63,754 nt of DNA, filler included, from Octopus bimaculoides (GCF_001194135.2; 6 parts of 6 records of this genome joined end to end with filler, not necessarily neighbours in it), one strand, 5' to 3'. Shown: positions 50,480-63,412, counted from the whole stretch's first letter. Translations and numbers: made by a program. Notes: generated by a model from the sequence alone, not told the origin.

Positions 50480-52389
50480 TTATCGAAGGGAATGGGCCAG
50501 TGTTCGCAAGTACATGATCATTTCCGGTAGAGAAGGTCGAACTTCCGGTTTCACAGCTAGACAGTGTTGCAGTATTTTTAAGCGAGTCTTTCCTTTAAGA
50601 CGGTTGATAACTTGTTGGTAAACGTAGCATAAACTATAGATATCACTGGCTGGAGAGGTCGGGGAGCCAGCCCTGACTTCCGGCGCTAGGAATATGAAGT
50701 CGCTCAAGTCAATTTCATGAACTAGAAATACGTAAGCTTCATTGTAAGTGGCTCGGGAGAGGTCACTAAACCAGACAGGGTTTTTCGTATTTTCCGGATC
50801 AATCATAATGTTATATTCGTTTATATAATTAAGTAGGACTTCTTTGCGGTGTATTTCGAGGAGATGTATGGCGACGTGAATGAAGAAAACTAAAATTTCG
50901 GCATCAGAAAGACGGAGTGGATAATAATGCAAAATATTGGCAACGGACACCATTTTCCCGAAATATGACTGAACTATTTCGAATTCGTCCAAAAGGGTGC
51001 CTGTGGGCAACAAACCGTGAAATGGAAATACGGCACCCGTATCTTTTAAATGCAATAAAATTCGTGATTCTTCGAGGATTCTCACGAACGATCCATTTTC
51101 ATAGGAACGGATCATTACTTTACAATTACATTTTACGAATTTGCCAATTTGTAGTTTAGTGTCTCCTAAGAATTCATACATGTTAACAATCGCACTGTCT
51201 TTATAAGAGTCATTTTCAATAGAGCTGATGGCGTTTGGGCCAAGTATTGGTACATTGTACTGAATTAAAAGTGGGTAATTTTTTTCCTTTGTGTTTGGGG
51301 TCTGCCCCGGAAATTTTATTTTCTGTTGTTCTAACTTCTGTTTTTCTTTTATGAATAGCTCATTTATCGATACTGTTAAATCACTCAAAGTTGGTCGAGA
51401 ACCAGGCTCCGTTAGTAAACACTGGTTAGCTAGTTTCTGCAGTTCTTCAATGTGGCTAATATTACTGATACGACTAAGCAAAGAACCCAAACTGTAAACA
51501 TCTGACGCAGGAGTCCCTGGTTGGCTTTTTCGCAGCTCTGGAGCCAAATGTTCGTAAGTATATAGAGAACCGTTATAGTTTTTATATTTATAACCTGACC
51601 GGAAGGTTGCATGTCCCATGTCGATATAGACGACTCGCAGATAAGGCTGTTCTATAAGGACATTTCCTTCGTGGATGTCATTAAGAAGGACGTATTGTTG
51701 GTGTATCTTTTGTAAACCTGCCGTCAACTGCAGAGATATGTTTAACCAGTTCACGGCTGTCAATGTAGTTTCGTTCTCTTCGTTCAGATGGTCCTCCAGA
51801 GTCATACCGCTGATATATTCTTGGACCAACGAAAGGTTACTTGCCATAAGACCAGTCGGAAGTAAGCCTAAGATTTTGGGAATCACCCCCGTGCTTGACA
51901 GATATTGTGTGATTATCACTTCAGATATAATGTCCAAGTAATCAGAATCGAGAAACAGTTTCACAGCAACGACCTGTTTACTTACGGCCATCTCTGCCAG
52001 GTAAACCTCACCGAAAGAACCTTTACCAAGGAATACAACCTCGTCATCATAATCTCGAAAATAGCGAACAGATTCAGCGTCGAGAAGTTCCGTTCCGATA
52101 TGAGCCAAGTTAGGTGGAATATTTTGGTAGCTATAATTATATTGCAAGAATATATCCGAAATGTCTTTGATTTCATAATCTCTGTAACTTCTAGCAGTGG
52201 ACATTTCAGTTCCTTTCCTAGTTTTGTTGCTTTTTTTGATTTCTGAACAGTCTTTCTGACTTCCATCTCTAGTTTCTTTCCGTAAAGATTTCATGAGGAG
52301 TTGGTAGTTAAATCCGCAGCAACATTTCCCATTCCATTTTGGACAGCAGGCATTGGTAGAATTACACATTGCATTGCTTCCTGGTACTG
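50480..52389 (-). CDS. Tandem protein kinase + pseudokinase (>=629 aa) with Cys-rich N-terminus; single large terminal exon, probably 5'-partial
   Basis: Uninterrupted 629-codon ORF. Domain 1 (aa ~112-339): GKGSFG, VAVK, E150, LLNDIHEGN, DMG, APE, SDVYSLG, SRP. Domain 2 (aa ~399-625): MIRS, LLNYINEYN, DLS, APE, SDIYSL, RP. Splice acceptor tttttttcttctgtttcag ends at 52390. ATTAAA ~40 nt after the stop. Confidence 0.88.
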
Positions 52390-53013
52390 CTGAAACAGAA
52401 GAAAAAAAGAGTAGTTATTGAATCTGTAAATCTTAGATCATCAGGCGATTAATTATTTGAGAATTACATAACAATGACTTTCCTTTGAGTGAAGCTAAAA
52501 GCAATACTGAAAATTCTCTTACATAGCGAGTCTAAAATATTCTGATGGGTCTAGAAACTGTAACAATCAGGTTCGACATATAGAGATCGATAGAATAAGT
52601 ACCAAGCAGAAATAAGTACTAGAGTCGACATGGATGACTAAATCCTTGAAGGCCGAGCCTCAGCATGGCTGAAATCAATGAACTGAAACCAGTAAAAGAT
52701 TAGAAGAGCAAAAGAACATATATACTAAATGTGTTTAAAAATGATAAGTAATCGCCTGTAAGAAAAAAAAAAAAAAAGAAGTCTATTAAGATCAAGAACA
52801 TCTTTTCTAAAGATAGACGAACCTTTTACGTGGAGAAAAAAACACAGAGACAACAAAAAGCAAAATGGCAAAACATGTAAGTAATAAGCCCTTCCCCACT
52901 ACAATATAAAACCGACAAAAGTCTTTCTGAAACACGATACTGTAAAAGGGCTTCAAAGATCCTTTGAAGNNNNNNNNNNNNNNNNNNNNNNNNNNNNNNN
53001 NNNNNNNNNNNNN

Positions 53014-53025
53014 TTAATTAATTAA
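53014..53025. other. Artificial scaffold linker
   Basis: N44-TTAATTAATTAA-N44. Confidence 0.95.
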
Positions 53026-53207
53026 NNNNNNNNNNNNNNNNNNNNNNNNNNNNNNNNNNNNNNNNNNNNGCAGAACTATACAAGAATTGTCTTCATAAAA
53101 TTAGACGAGCGATTTTCTTTTGTGGTTAGGTCGTTGATGACCTCTTTCTAGCATATTGGATGTCCACCTAGTGGTCATCCCTTCTTATACGTACACACAC
53201 AATATAT

Positions 53208-53450
53208 AAAATCAAAATAAGCAGCAAGGATATTCAAGGTTACTGCAGTACGATTCGTTTCATGCGACTCCATTTATTTAAGCAATACATTTAATGTAAT
53301 GCTCACATTGCTTAAATAAATGGAGTCGCATGAAACGATCGTACTGCAGTAACCTTGAATATCCTCGCTGCTTATTTTGATTTTTGATCACCTTATTTAT
53401 GGAATTGTTTGGATAATACCATACTAAATTCTGGTGCCTAAACTTAAGTA
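53208..53450 (+). repeat. Copy of the 1168-1356 element whose 5' half is replaced by a fold-back (78-bp arms, 20-nt loop)
   Basis: 53208-53286 is the reverse complement of 53307-53384. The right arm and downstream sequence match 1213-1356. Confidence 0.85.
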
Positions 53451-53990
53451 GGAGTGGCTGTGTTGTAAGTAGCTTGCTAACCAACCACATAGTTCTGGGT
53501 TCAGTCCCACTGCGTGGCACCTTGGGCAGGTGTCTTCTACTATAGCCTCGGGCCAACCAAAGCCTTGTGAGTGGATTTGGTAGACGGAAACTGAAAGAAG
53601 CCCGTCGTATATATATATATATATATGTATATATATGTATATGTGTGTTTGTGTGTCTGTGTTTGTCCCCCCCCCCCAATNNNNNNNNNNNNNNNNNNNN
53701 NNNNNNNNNNNNNNNNNNNNNNNNNNNNNNNNNNNNNNNNNNNNNNNNNNNNNNNNNNNNNNNNNNNNNNNNNNNNNNNNNNNNNNNNNNNNNNNNNNNN
53801 NNNNNNNNNNNNNNNNNNNNNNNNNNNNNNNNNNNNNNNNNNNNNNNNNNNNNNNNNNNNNNNNNNNNNNNNNNNNNNNNNNNNNNNGGCTTCCAAAGAA
53901 TAAGTCCTGGGGTCGATTTGCTCGACTAAAGGCGGTGCTCCAGCATGGCCGCAGTCAAGTGACTGAAACAAGTAAAAGAGTAAAGAGTAA
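53450..53990 (+). mobile_element. SINE family B copy, with internal N gap
   Basis: ggagtggctgtgttgtaagtagcttgc head; gtgctccagcatggccgcagtc 3' part. Confidence 0.75.
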
Positions 53991-53994
53991 AGAG

Positions 53995-54025
<31 letters not shown>

Positions 54026-54268
54026 TTTTATTCTTTTACTTGTTTCATTCATTCGACTGCAGCACCTCCTTAAAGATTTTTTCAATCGGAAAAATCGATC
54101 AAATGACTTATTCTTTGTAAGCCTAGTACTTATTCCTTCGGTTCTATTGCTGAACCGCTAGGTTACGGGGACACAAACACGTCAACAAGTGATGGGGGAA
54201 CAAACATACACACAACGACACACATATACATAAATGCACATACACCCACACACTATATATATATATAT

Positions 54269-55620
54269 AGCAGACTTAGGGAGTGTAATGAGAAATGTGT
54301 CTCGCATTGGAAAGACACACACAACACTTCATCCACGGCATGCAGTTATCTAGTTACAACCAAAGGGACAGGATTAGAGTGTACAAAGGTGCTAGGGTTA
54401 TGTTCGAAGCCATCATAGAAAGTGATGCAAAGGGGATCTCTCGCTATACAGGTGTAAATCCTGGAATAGCACAGAAAGGACCAAAAACAAGAGAAATAAG
54501 GCCAACTCTGGGTATGGCAACAAAAAATACCAGTGCCATGTTCGTTGATGCTACCCCTGGCAGTGAACTAGCATACCTTTTTAGAAAAGCATTAGATAAG
54601 GCTAATGTACGGATTAAATTAGTAGAAAGGCCTGGCGCCCCCATAAAATCCCTTCGATAGGTCCCATGTACAAGTTAATTGTAAGGTTAGGAATATAGTG
54701 TATAGGTTACGATGTACTGAAGTGCAGAAACATGACAACTATTTACATTGAAGAGACAGCACGCAGCATAGGGGAGTGTATTAGTGAACGCAGGCGGGAG
54801 CTCAAAGAAAAGAAAGGCTCTTCAGTGCTCTACCAATAGGCTCAAGCAGAACATAGAGGCTCGGTTAATAGCATAGCGGTTAAGGTATTATCAATGCATA
54901 GAACTGACACACCTCGACAGATCACCGAGGTTACACATAGCAATAGACAGACCGAGCCTCAATAGAAAACATGAATGGAACAATAGCACCCACCACAACA
55001 CCATACAATATGATGATTAAAGACAGAAGGGAGAAAAAACCCAGATACAAACAGTATAATACACACACAATAGAAAAATATGCACGTACATATAAGCAAT
55101 AAAGATAAGTTTAAAAACTGTATAAAGGGCACGGATAGAAACAACATAGGAAGCGAACCCATATACACACACAAACACAAATACAGTAACTTCACAAGTG
55201 GCCGCCAAAATATCAAGAACACGACTAACAACAACAACAACATCAACTACCACGATGGCAGCAACGTGGGCGAAAACAAACACAGAGAGATTCAGCAACG
55301 GTACCAAAAGCCGAGGTAAGGGCAGCAGCAACGGAAACGGGGTAGGGAATGAAGCTGAAGGGAAGGTTATAGGGCTACTAAGAACAACCACACAGACACA
55401 CACACACATGTGCACATATACACATACATGCACACAAATACAGACGTAAACGCGTACGCATATAAGGACACACATCAGAGAACAGAATTGACTAAGCGGA
55501 GCAAAAGCACACATGAGGACGGAAAGGGTCATTGAGGATGTCACAGATGTGTGACAAAAGATTTCAGGACAATGGAGATGAGTTAGAATAAGAACAGTAA
55601 TAAACAAGTGAAGAACGAAT
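54269..55620 (+). mobile_element. Penelope-like element (same family as 1490-2960), 5'-truncated at a (TA)n tract
   Basis: FVDATPGSELA..RIKLVERPG, then YIEETARSIGE..RQITE..LN.K.EW; long CAA-rich tail; decayed HHR-like hairpin gtcaca-gatg-tgtgac at ~55540. Confidence 0.8.
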
Positions 55621-55883
55621 ATATAGTGTGAGTTTATTTGACATCACCCCACCTCCGCCAAAAAACAAAATTACCGTCCCAAAATACAATATCTGTTTCA
55701 ATACACGGTTTCACATCAGGAAATTCATAAACGTATATATATACGTACGTGCGTGTGTGTGTGTATACGTATATGTGTGTGTGTGTGTGTGTATATATAC
55801 GTATATGTGTGTGTGTATACGTATATATGTGTATATATACACGTATATGTGTGTGTATGCGTGTGCGTGCGTGTGTGTATGTG

Positions 55884-56045
55884 CACGAGGAGTGTTGAAG
55901 GGCCAAACTTCCGAGTTCTTTTACAGGACTTAGAAAAACTGAAGGGCCACTGCAATAAGTGTGTGATTCTGAGGGGAATAAAATCATAATTAACTTATCC
56001 TCCTGTATCTCCATTTACCTAAAGTCAGGAACTTTTCAGCCCTCA
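55884..56045. mobile_element. Mariner-derived MITE fragment; relative at 58260-58420
   Basis: End aaag(t/c)caggaacttttcagc(a)cc(c)tc shared with 58392-58420; shared internal ttacag..cttagaaaaactgaagg. Confidence 0.55.
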
Positions 56046-57622
56046 AGAAATACATCCTGTCGGAATTTAAAAGTGGACCACCGGACACTTAATAAATCAT
56101 TAATATCTGGTTGACGTATGCTTGACATCGAATTATTGTAATGTTGGTTATCTCCTTTGTGTTTTTTCTTGTCTTCTTCTTTACAAGCGTCTCTTGTTTA
56201 AACACTCTCAACTCAAAAGACAACCGACAAATGGTTTTGTTTTCAGCTNNNNNNNNNNNNNNNNNNNNNNNNNNNNNNNNNNNNNNNNNNNNNNNNNNNN
56301 NNNNNNNNNNNNNNNNNNNNNNNNNNNNNNNNNNNNNNNNNNNNNNNNNNNNNNNNNNNNNNNNNNNNNNNNNNNNNNNNNNNNNNNNNNNNNNNNNNNN
56401 NNNNNNNNNNNNNNNNNNNNNNNNNNNNNNNNNNNNNNNNNNNNNNNNNNNNNNNNNNNNNNNNNNNNNNNNNNNNNNNNNNNNNNNNNNNNNNNNNNNN
56501 NNNNNNNNNNNNNNNNNNNNNNNNNNNNNNNNNNNNNNNNNNNNNNNNNNNNNNNNNNNNNNNNNNNNNNNNNNNNNNNNNNNNNNNNNNNNNNNNNNNN
56601 NNNNNNNNNNNNNNNNNNNNNNNNNNNNNNNNNNNNNNNNNNNNNNNNNNNNNNNNNNNNNNNNNNNNNNNNNNNNNNNNNNNNNNNNNNNNNNNNNNNN
56701 NNNNNNNNNNNNNNNNNNNNNNNNNNNNNNNNNNNNNNNNNNNNNNNNNNNNNNNNNNNNNNNNNNNNNNNNNNNNNNNNNNNNNNNNNNNNNNNNNNNN
56801 NNNNNNNNNNNNNNNNNNNNNNNNNNNNNNNNNNNNNNNNNNNNNNNNNNNNNNNNNNNNNNNNNNNNNNNNNNNNNNNNNNNNNNNNNNNNNNNNNNNN
56901 NNNNNNNNNNNNNNNNNNNNNNNNNNNNNNNNNNNNNNNNNNNNNNNNNNNNNNNNNNNNNNNNNNNNNNNNNNNNNNNNNTTCACCACCAGCGTCAACA
57001 CGACTTACTATGTACACCAAACTAAACCACCGCGGCACATCTCTCTCTTCGATTCTGTTAGGTGACTCAGCTTCACCACGATAAATAAACAGACAAGAGA
57101 TTTCAGCCAGCGACGAACGACGAACATCTGTATAACAAGAATCACGGCCCGGTATGGAAGCCAGCACATCACAACTAGTGATCAGCTCTGCCACACTCAC
57201 AGCCTCAACTCCCTTCACATACAGACTCTTCCAATTGTGTACTCAAGAAATGGTATAAATGCTCACGTGTTATTGACTCTCTTTCTATCTGCTGTAATAA
57301 TACACATACACATACATGTATCACTCACATACATACTTTTCTTTGTACGACGGCTTGTCTTTGATTATGTTCTTATATGTCGCATTCACACTCACACACA
57401 GACATACATCTTTAACGCCATAAATATTTCTGTTATTCATCTTATACGGTTGTGGTCTTTCATTACTGGTCATCTATGTTATCGTATTATAGCATATTTC
57501 ATGTATATCATCTTTGATATATATTATTTTTGTGTTCGACCGTGTGACGCGTTTAAATAAAAGGAGTCCTCTGTTTTTTCCATCCGTCACCATTTCTCCT
57601 TTTTGAGTTCGCACGGTCGTCC

Positions 57623-58060
<438 letters not shown>

Positions 58061-58084
58061 TATATTAATTAATTGATTATATAT

Positions 58085-58141
<57 letters not shown>

Positions 58142-58190
58142 TACACNNNNNNNNNNNNNNNNNNNNNNNNNNNNNNNNNNNNNNNNNNNN

Positions 58191-58202
58191 TTAATTAATT
58201 AA
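58191..58202. other. Artificial scaffold linker
   Basis: N44-TTAATTAATTAA-N44. Confidence 0.95.
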
Positions 58203-59244
58203 NNNNNNNNNNNNNNNNNNNNNNNNNNNNNNNNNNNNNNNNNNNNCAGGAGGATCAGTTAATTATGATTTTATTCAACATATTCCCCTCTCAAATCCAC
58301 GTACATATTGCAGTGAACCTTCAGTTTTTCTAAGCTCTGTAAAAGAACTCGGAAGGTTGGGCCTCCAACCAGGCCTTTCACGATACCCTTAAAGCCAGGA
58401 ACTTTTCAGCACCCCCTCGCATATTTAATTCAAAATATAAACAGCTGAGTGAACTGGAGCAACACGAAATAAAGTGTCTTGCTCAAGAACACAACACACA
58501 GCCCAGTCCAGAAATTGAACTCACTACCTCATGACTGTGAGCCTGATGCTCTAACCACTACACCATGTGCCTTCACTTACAAGGGTAAAGGTAAGTTAAT
58601 TAAATGGCACTCAGTACTTAAGTGGTACTTTGTCTTATTGACCTTGGTGGGACTTGAACTCAGAATATATAGTCTCAAAGCAAATACCGCAAAGATTGAC
58701 CAACCGACATGCTAACGAGCCTACCAAAATAATAATAATTGCTTTTATTACCATAAGGACAATGAATGGAGAAGGAACATATGACATTACAAAGAAATAA
58801 AACATTGGCAGTCAGCCACAAATATATCGGTGAAGAGCTTAGTGAATAAAATTGACTTCTAACTACTTTGATTTGTGCTAATGTTATTGATTCTGGAGAG
58901 ATGAAAGGCAGGAATCAGCATCAACCCCAGTGGGGATTGAACCCAGAACTGAAATGAGTGAATCTAAATGCTGCAAGGTATTTTGTCTAACACTTATGGT
59001 GTTTACTGACATGGAGATTGGCTGTTTGGGTGATAGAATTGACGTGTTGCTGATGATGGGGCAATTGCTGTATTGAGGATGACGAAATGAGGTGCAATAA
59101 AAGGATGAGAGATGGGAGGAGTGTGAGGAATTGGAGGTGGTGCAGCGAAAATAAGGTTATGGGGAGGGAGGGAGCTGGATGCATCGAAGGAACAGAGGAG
59201 ACTCATAGATTCTGTTTAAAACAGCTGCTGCTGCTGAATGAATG

Positions 59245-60178
59245 GATAGATAGACAGGGAGATAGATAAGTTGATTAGATGAGAGGTAGATAGATAAGTT
59301 GAGAGGTGGACATGCAGAAAGATAGACAGACAAGTAGAAAGATAGACAGACAAGCAGAAAGATAGACAGACAAGCAGAAAGATAGACAGACNNNNNNNNN
59401 NNNNNNNNNNNNNNNNNNNNNNNNNNNNNNNNNNNNNNNNNNNNNNNNNNNNNNNNNNNNNNNNNNNNNNNNNNNNNNNNNNNNNNNNNNNNNNNNNNNN
59501 NNNNNNNNNNNNNNNNNNNNNNNNNNNNNNNNNNNNNNNNNNNNNNNNNNNNNNNNNNNNNNNNNNNNNNNNNNNNNNNNNNNNNNNNNNNNNNNNNNNN
59601 NNNNNNNNNNNNNNNNNNNNNNNNNNNNNNNNNNNNNNNNNNNNNNNNNNNNNNNNNNNNNNNNNNNNNNNNNNNNNNNNNNNNNNNNNNNNNNNNNNNN
59701 NNNNNNNNNNNNNNNNNNNNNNNNNNNNNNNNNNNNNNNNNNNNNNNNNNNNNNNNNNNNNNNNNNNNNNNNNNNNNNNNNNNNNNNNNNNNNNNNNNNN
59801 NNNNNNNNNNNNNNNNNNNNNNNNNNNNNNNNNNNNNNNNNNNNNNNNNNNNNNNNNNNNNNNNNNNNNNNNNNNNNNNNNNNNNNNNNNNNNNNNNNNN
59901 NNNNNNNNNNNNNNNNNNNNNNNNNNNNNNNNNNNNNNNNNNNNNNNNNNNTAGACGGCAAATAGATAGACGGCAAATAGATAGACGGCAAATAGATAGA
60001 CGGCAAATAGATAGACGGCAAATAGATAGACGGCAAATAGATAGACGGCAAATAGATAGACGGTAAATAGATAGACGGTAAATAGATAGACGGTAAATAG
60101 ATAGACGGTAGGTAGATAGATAGATGGCAAATAGATAGATGGTAGATAGTAGAGAGATAGATAGATAGATAAATAGAT
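59245..60178. repeat. GATA/GACA-based minisatellite (20-bp and 16-bp units) spanning an N gap
   Basis: gatagacagacaagcagaaa units left of the gap; atagacggcaaatag(a) units right of the gap. Confidence 0.9.
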
Positions 60179-60373
60179 TAGTATTTGTTCTGGCTCTCTG
60201 CATTGTAAGTTCAAATTCTGCTGTGGTCAGATTTACTTTACATCCTCTTGTGGATTAACAAACAAGGTATCGGCCAAGTACCTGTAACTGATTCTTTCTT
60301 TATCTCTCCTTTCAGAATCACTCATAATATAACACGTATATAATTTTATGCATGTGGGTTTATCTTGAAATTT

Positions 60374-60590
60374 TAACCCTTTAATATTCAGATTACTCTG
60401 TCAAATGAAATGCTTATTTATTCACATTGTTTTGAATTAATCATCCATTATCTCAGCTTTGAGAATTCGATGATGCGATTGTTTATCTTAGACATTGTAG
60501 AGTAGGTGTGAGAGGTCAAATTTGGCCACTTTGACCATAGAGCAGAATATTTGGCTCAGATAGGGTCTGTTTAAATGCTAAAGGTTGAAT
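60374..60590. mobile_element. piggyBac-type MITE, decayed
   Basis: TTAA-ccctttaatattc ... tttaaatgctaaagg-ttgaa ends. Confidence 0.5.
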
Positions 60591-60813
60591 TAGATGTCTA
60601 GAAGTCAGAAAAAACATTACATTCGATATGTAGAATAGAACTCCACAATACACTTATGTCTGTCTATGTGTGTATGTGAATAAGTACATTTGTGTGTGTG
60701 TGAATGAGTACATTTGTGTGTGTGTGTGTGTGTGTTGTTTAGGTGCATGTATGGGATCTTATGAACAAGTATTAAAAAACAAATAAAAACGGTTAAGTTT
60801 GTGACTGCATGTT

Positions 60814-60846
<33 letters not shown>

Positions 60847-61253
60847 ATGTATGTATGCGAGTGTGTATCCGTATATATATGTGTGTATGTATGCGAGCAA
60901 TAAGACACAATTTTTTTTTCTTGCTATTCCAGTTTGCAAATCCTTTCACCCACACACCCACACACAAATTCTCTTCTATTATTTCTTTATCTCTTTTATT
61001 CTTACCAAATGCTCATTATTTGTCTTCTGTACGACATTGACAGATATATAGATATATCGGATAATTTTAAAATTATACAAAATTTTCAACTATTTATATA
61101 TTGGTAGGTGTGTACCTGTGCGTGCGTGCGCGCGTATACACACACATATTCACACAGAGAACGCGTAATCCGTGTTACTTTCATATGCATGTTTATCTAC
61201 ACAGCTATCGTGTGTGGGTGTGAGTGCCAGCATGTACATACATACACACACAC

Positions 61254-61284
<31 letters not shown>

Positions 61285-61328
61285 NNNNNNNNNNNNNNNN
61301 NNNNNNNNNNNNNNNNNNNNNNNNNNNN

Positions 61329-61340
61329 TTAATTAATTAA
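61329..61340. other. Artificial scaffold linker
   Basis: N44-TTAATTAATTAA-N44. Confidence 0.95.
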
Positions 61341-61639
61341 NNNNNNNNNNNNNNNNNNNNNNNNNNNNNNNNNNNNNNNNNNNNTATATATATATATATA
61401 TATATATTTATGCACACATACATATTCCATGTTGAATCAAAAGTGCTTTCATGTTTCGAGAAATCATTTATAGTTCATAGACATTTCAGGCGAAATGTAT
61501 TTATTCGCCAAAATATATCCCATCATATTCTATAGTCAGTTTCCTTGGTTGTACCAGAAACGTAGTTCCACGTGTATACTATGTGGACTGTTTCGACGCA
61601 TAACGTTCCCTACACCCATTTTCAATTTCATTCACGTTG

Positions 61640-62320
61640 TTGAGCATGCATCCGAGCTGTAAAAATCTGATAGTACAAGACAAGACTATAGGCAGTGTGA
61701 TGCAATAATTCCAACCCATTAAGTTCGATTTTCAGCTTGGTCACATTGGCAGGTGTGTACTTAAGCATTGTTATGCTGTTGGAGAGCGCGTTTTCCATTC
61801 GCCAATGCCAGATAGCATGTTTTCAAAGCATCATATATTCCCAGATATTGTAGAACCTAAAAGTTTAACGCAAACATAAACATATTTCGGAAACACAAAA
61901 TGCAACAGCCCATCTCTCGAAATTCCACCCAACACACAACAACACCTTCTGTTCAAACATCCCCTGTTTAAAAACTACTTATGAAGCCTGGCCGTAACGA
62001 AGCCAAAGATTTTTTTTATTTTTATGGATTACGAGATTTAGCACCCATTTTTTCTTCCTATTACAATTTGATACCAAAAACGGGCATCTCAGGAGTTTTC
62101 TCGAAGTTATTTGCAATTGCTCACATGTAGTTGACCATGATCATTGGTAATTTCTTGAGGAACACTTGCCATTATCTTTTCGCCAGGCAGAGCCTATGGA
62201 AGTGACGACGGAAGGTACTTTCTGAAGGATCAAGTTTTATCGATAACGTAGGGGAGGTTGTGTTTGGCTGTTGTTCAACTATTTAAAGCAAGGCCTCTGT
62301 GGCTTAGAGAAGACGGACGT
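61640..62320 (-). mobile_element. Mariner transposase remnants
   Basis: Frameshifted L.QHNNA..HT..ELNGLELLHH.AYS and GKWVPQ-like/HGQLHVSNC segments. Confidence 0.55.
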
Positions 62321-62469
62321 NNNNNNNNNNNNNNNNNNNNNNNNNNNNNNNNNNNNNNNNNNNNNNNNNNNTTTGAAATAGATGCTACTTAGGAGAAGTG
62401 ACATACACCCGACAAATACCATTTGGTCTGTGGTGTCTTGGCTCTTTTTTTTTTTTTTAGGTCAAGCCA

Positions 62470-62800
62470 TGGTGATGTGAATGACAGAGCATTGCGTGTT
62501 AGTCTACGACAGTTACGTGAAGAATAGCGAGTCGATCACAACAGTTCAGCGCGGGTTTCGGCACCACTTCAAAATTCAATGAAATCAGGCTGTTCGAACC
62601 CCTAACACAATCATACTTTGGCTGTATCTACTACGTACACGAGGTACACTAATGAGTAGGAGACCAGTGGGGGTGTGCCACGAACGTTACGGAGTCCGGA
62701 TTAATGTGGAACGCGTTAGACAAGATTTAATACGGACTCCCAATCGCTCTGCTAGGAGCATTCCACTGAACTTAGCATCGGTAATCGATGGGTAAGACAT
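62470..62800 (+). mobile_element. Tc1/mariner-superfamily transposase N-terminal HTH remnant
   Basis: VLVYDSYVKNSESITTVQRGFRHHF..TI..W..GT..RPVG.PRTLRSP.NVERVRQ..PNRSAR. Confidence 0.6.
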
Positions 62801-63412
62801 TTTTTTTTTTTTTTGCAAGAAGACTTGCATTTCCACCCGTACTAATTGGTCACTGGGCAACAGTTGAAACCATGTCCTGTGCACAGTGCAATAATCATCA
62901 CCGTCAATACTATCCGCTTAAATTTTATTTTCTGCTTCTGAACGCATATTTCCTCCGCTTCATCAATGTCATGATAATCTTCATGATCATCACCCTCGTC
63001 ATCATCATCATGATCATTGTCGTCATCACTATCATCATCATCGGTATCACAATCATCGTCGTCGTCGTCGCCGTCACTATCATCATCAATTTCTACATTA
63101 TCTTGCAACTACTGTCGCTATGAGAAATACCATAACAACTACGACCATGTGTTCTTCCATATTTTTGGCACACGGTCAAACATTTTGAGGGGAGGGGAAC
63201 TCGATCACATCCACCATAGTGATCAGCTTGTATTTGTGTATAATTATTTGCATATATAATTTATACCTCATGTACATTACACAACTGCCCGATCGGAGCT
63301 GAAAATATATATATCTGCAGTACTACGTGGGGTTTAAAATCAGTTGCGGCAAATGTAATGAATTCTTTGCCGGCAGAACCATTAGAGAAATTCACAAAAA
63401 AACACCTACGTA

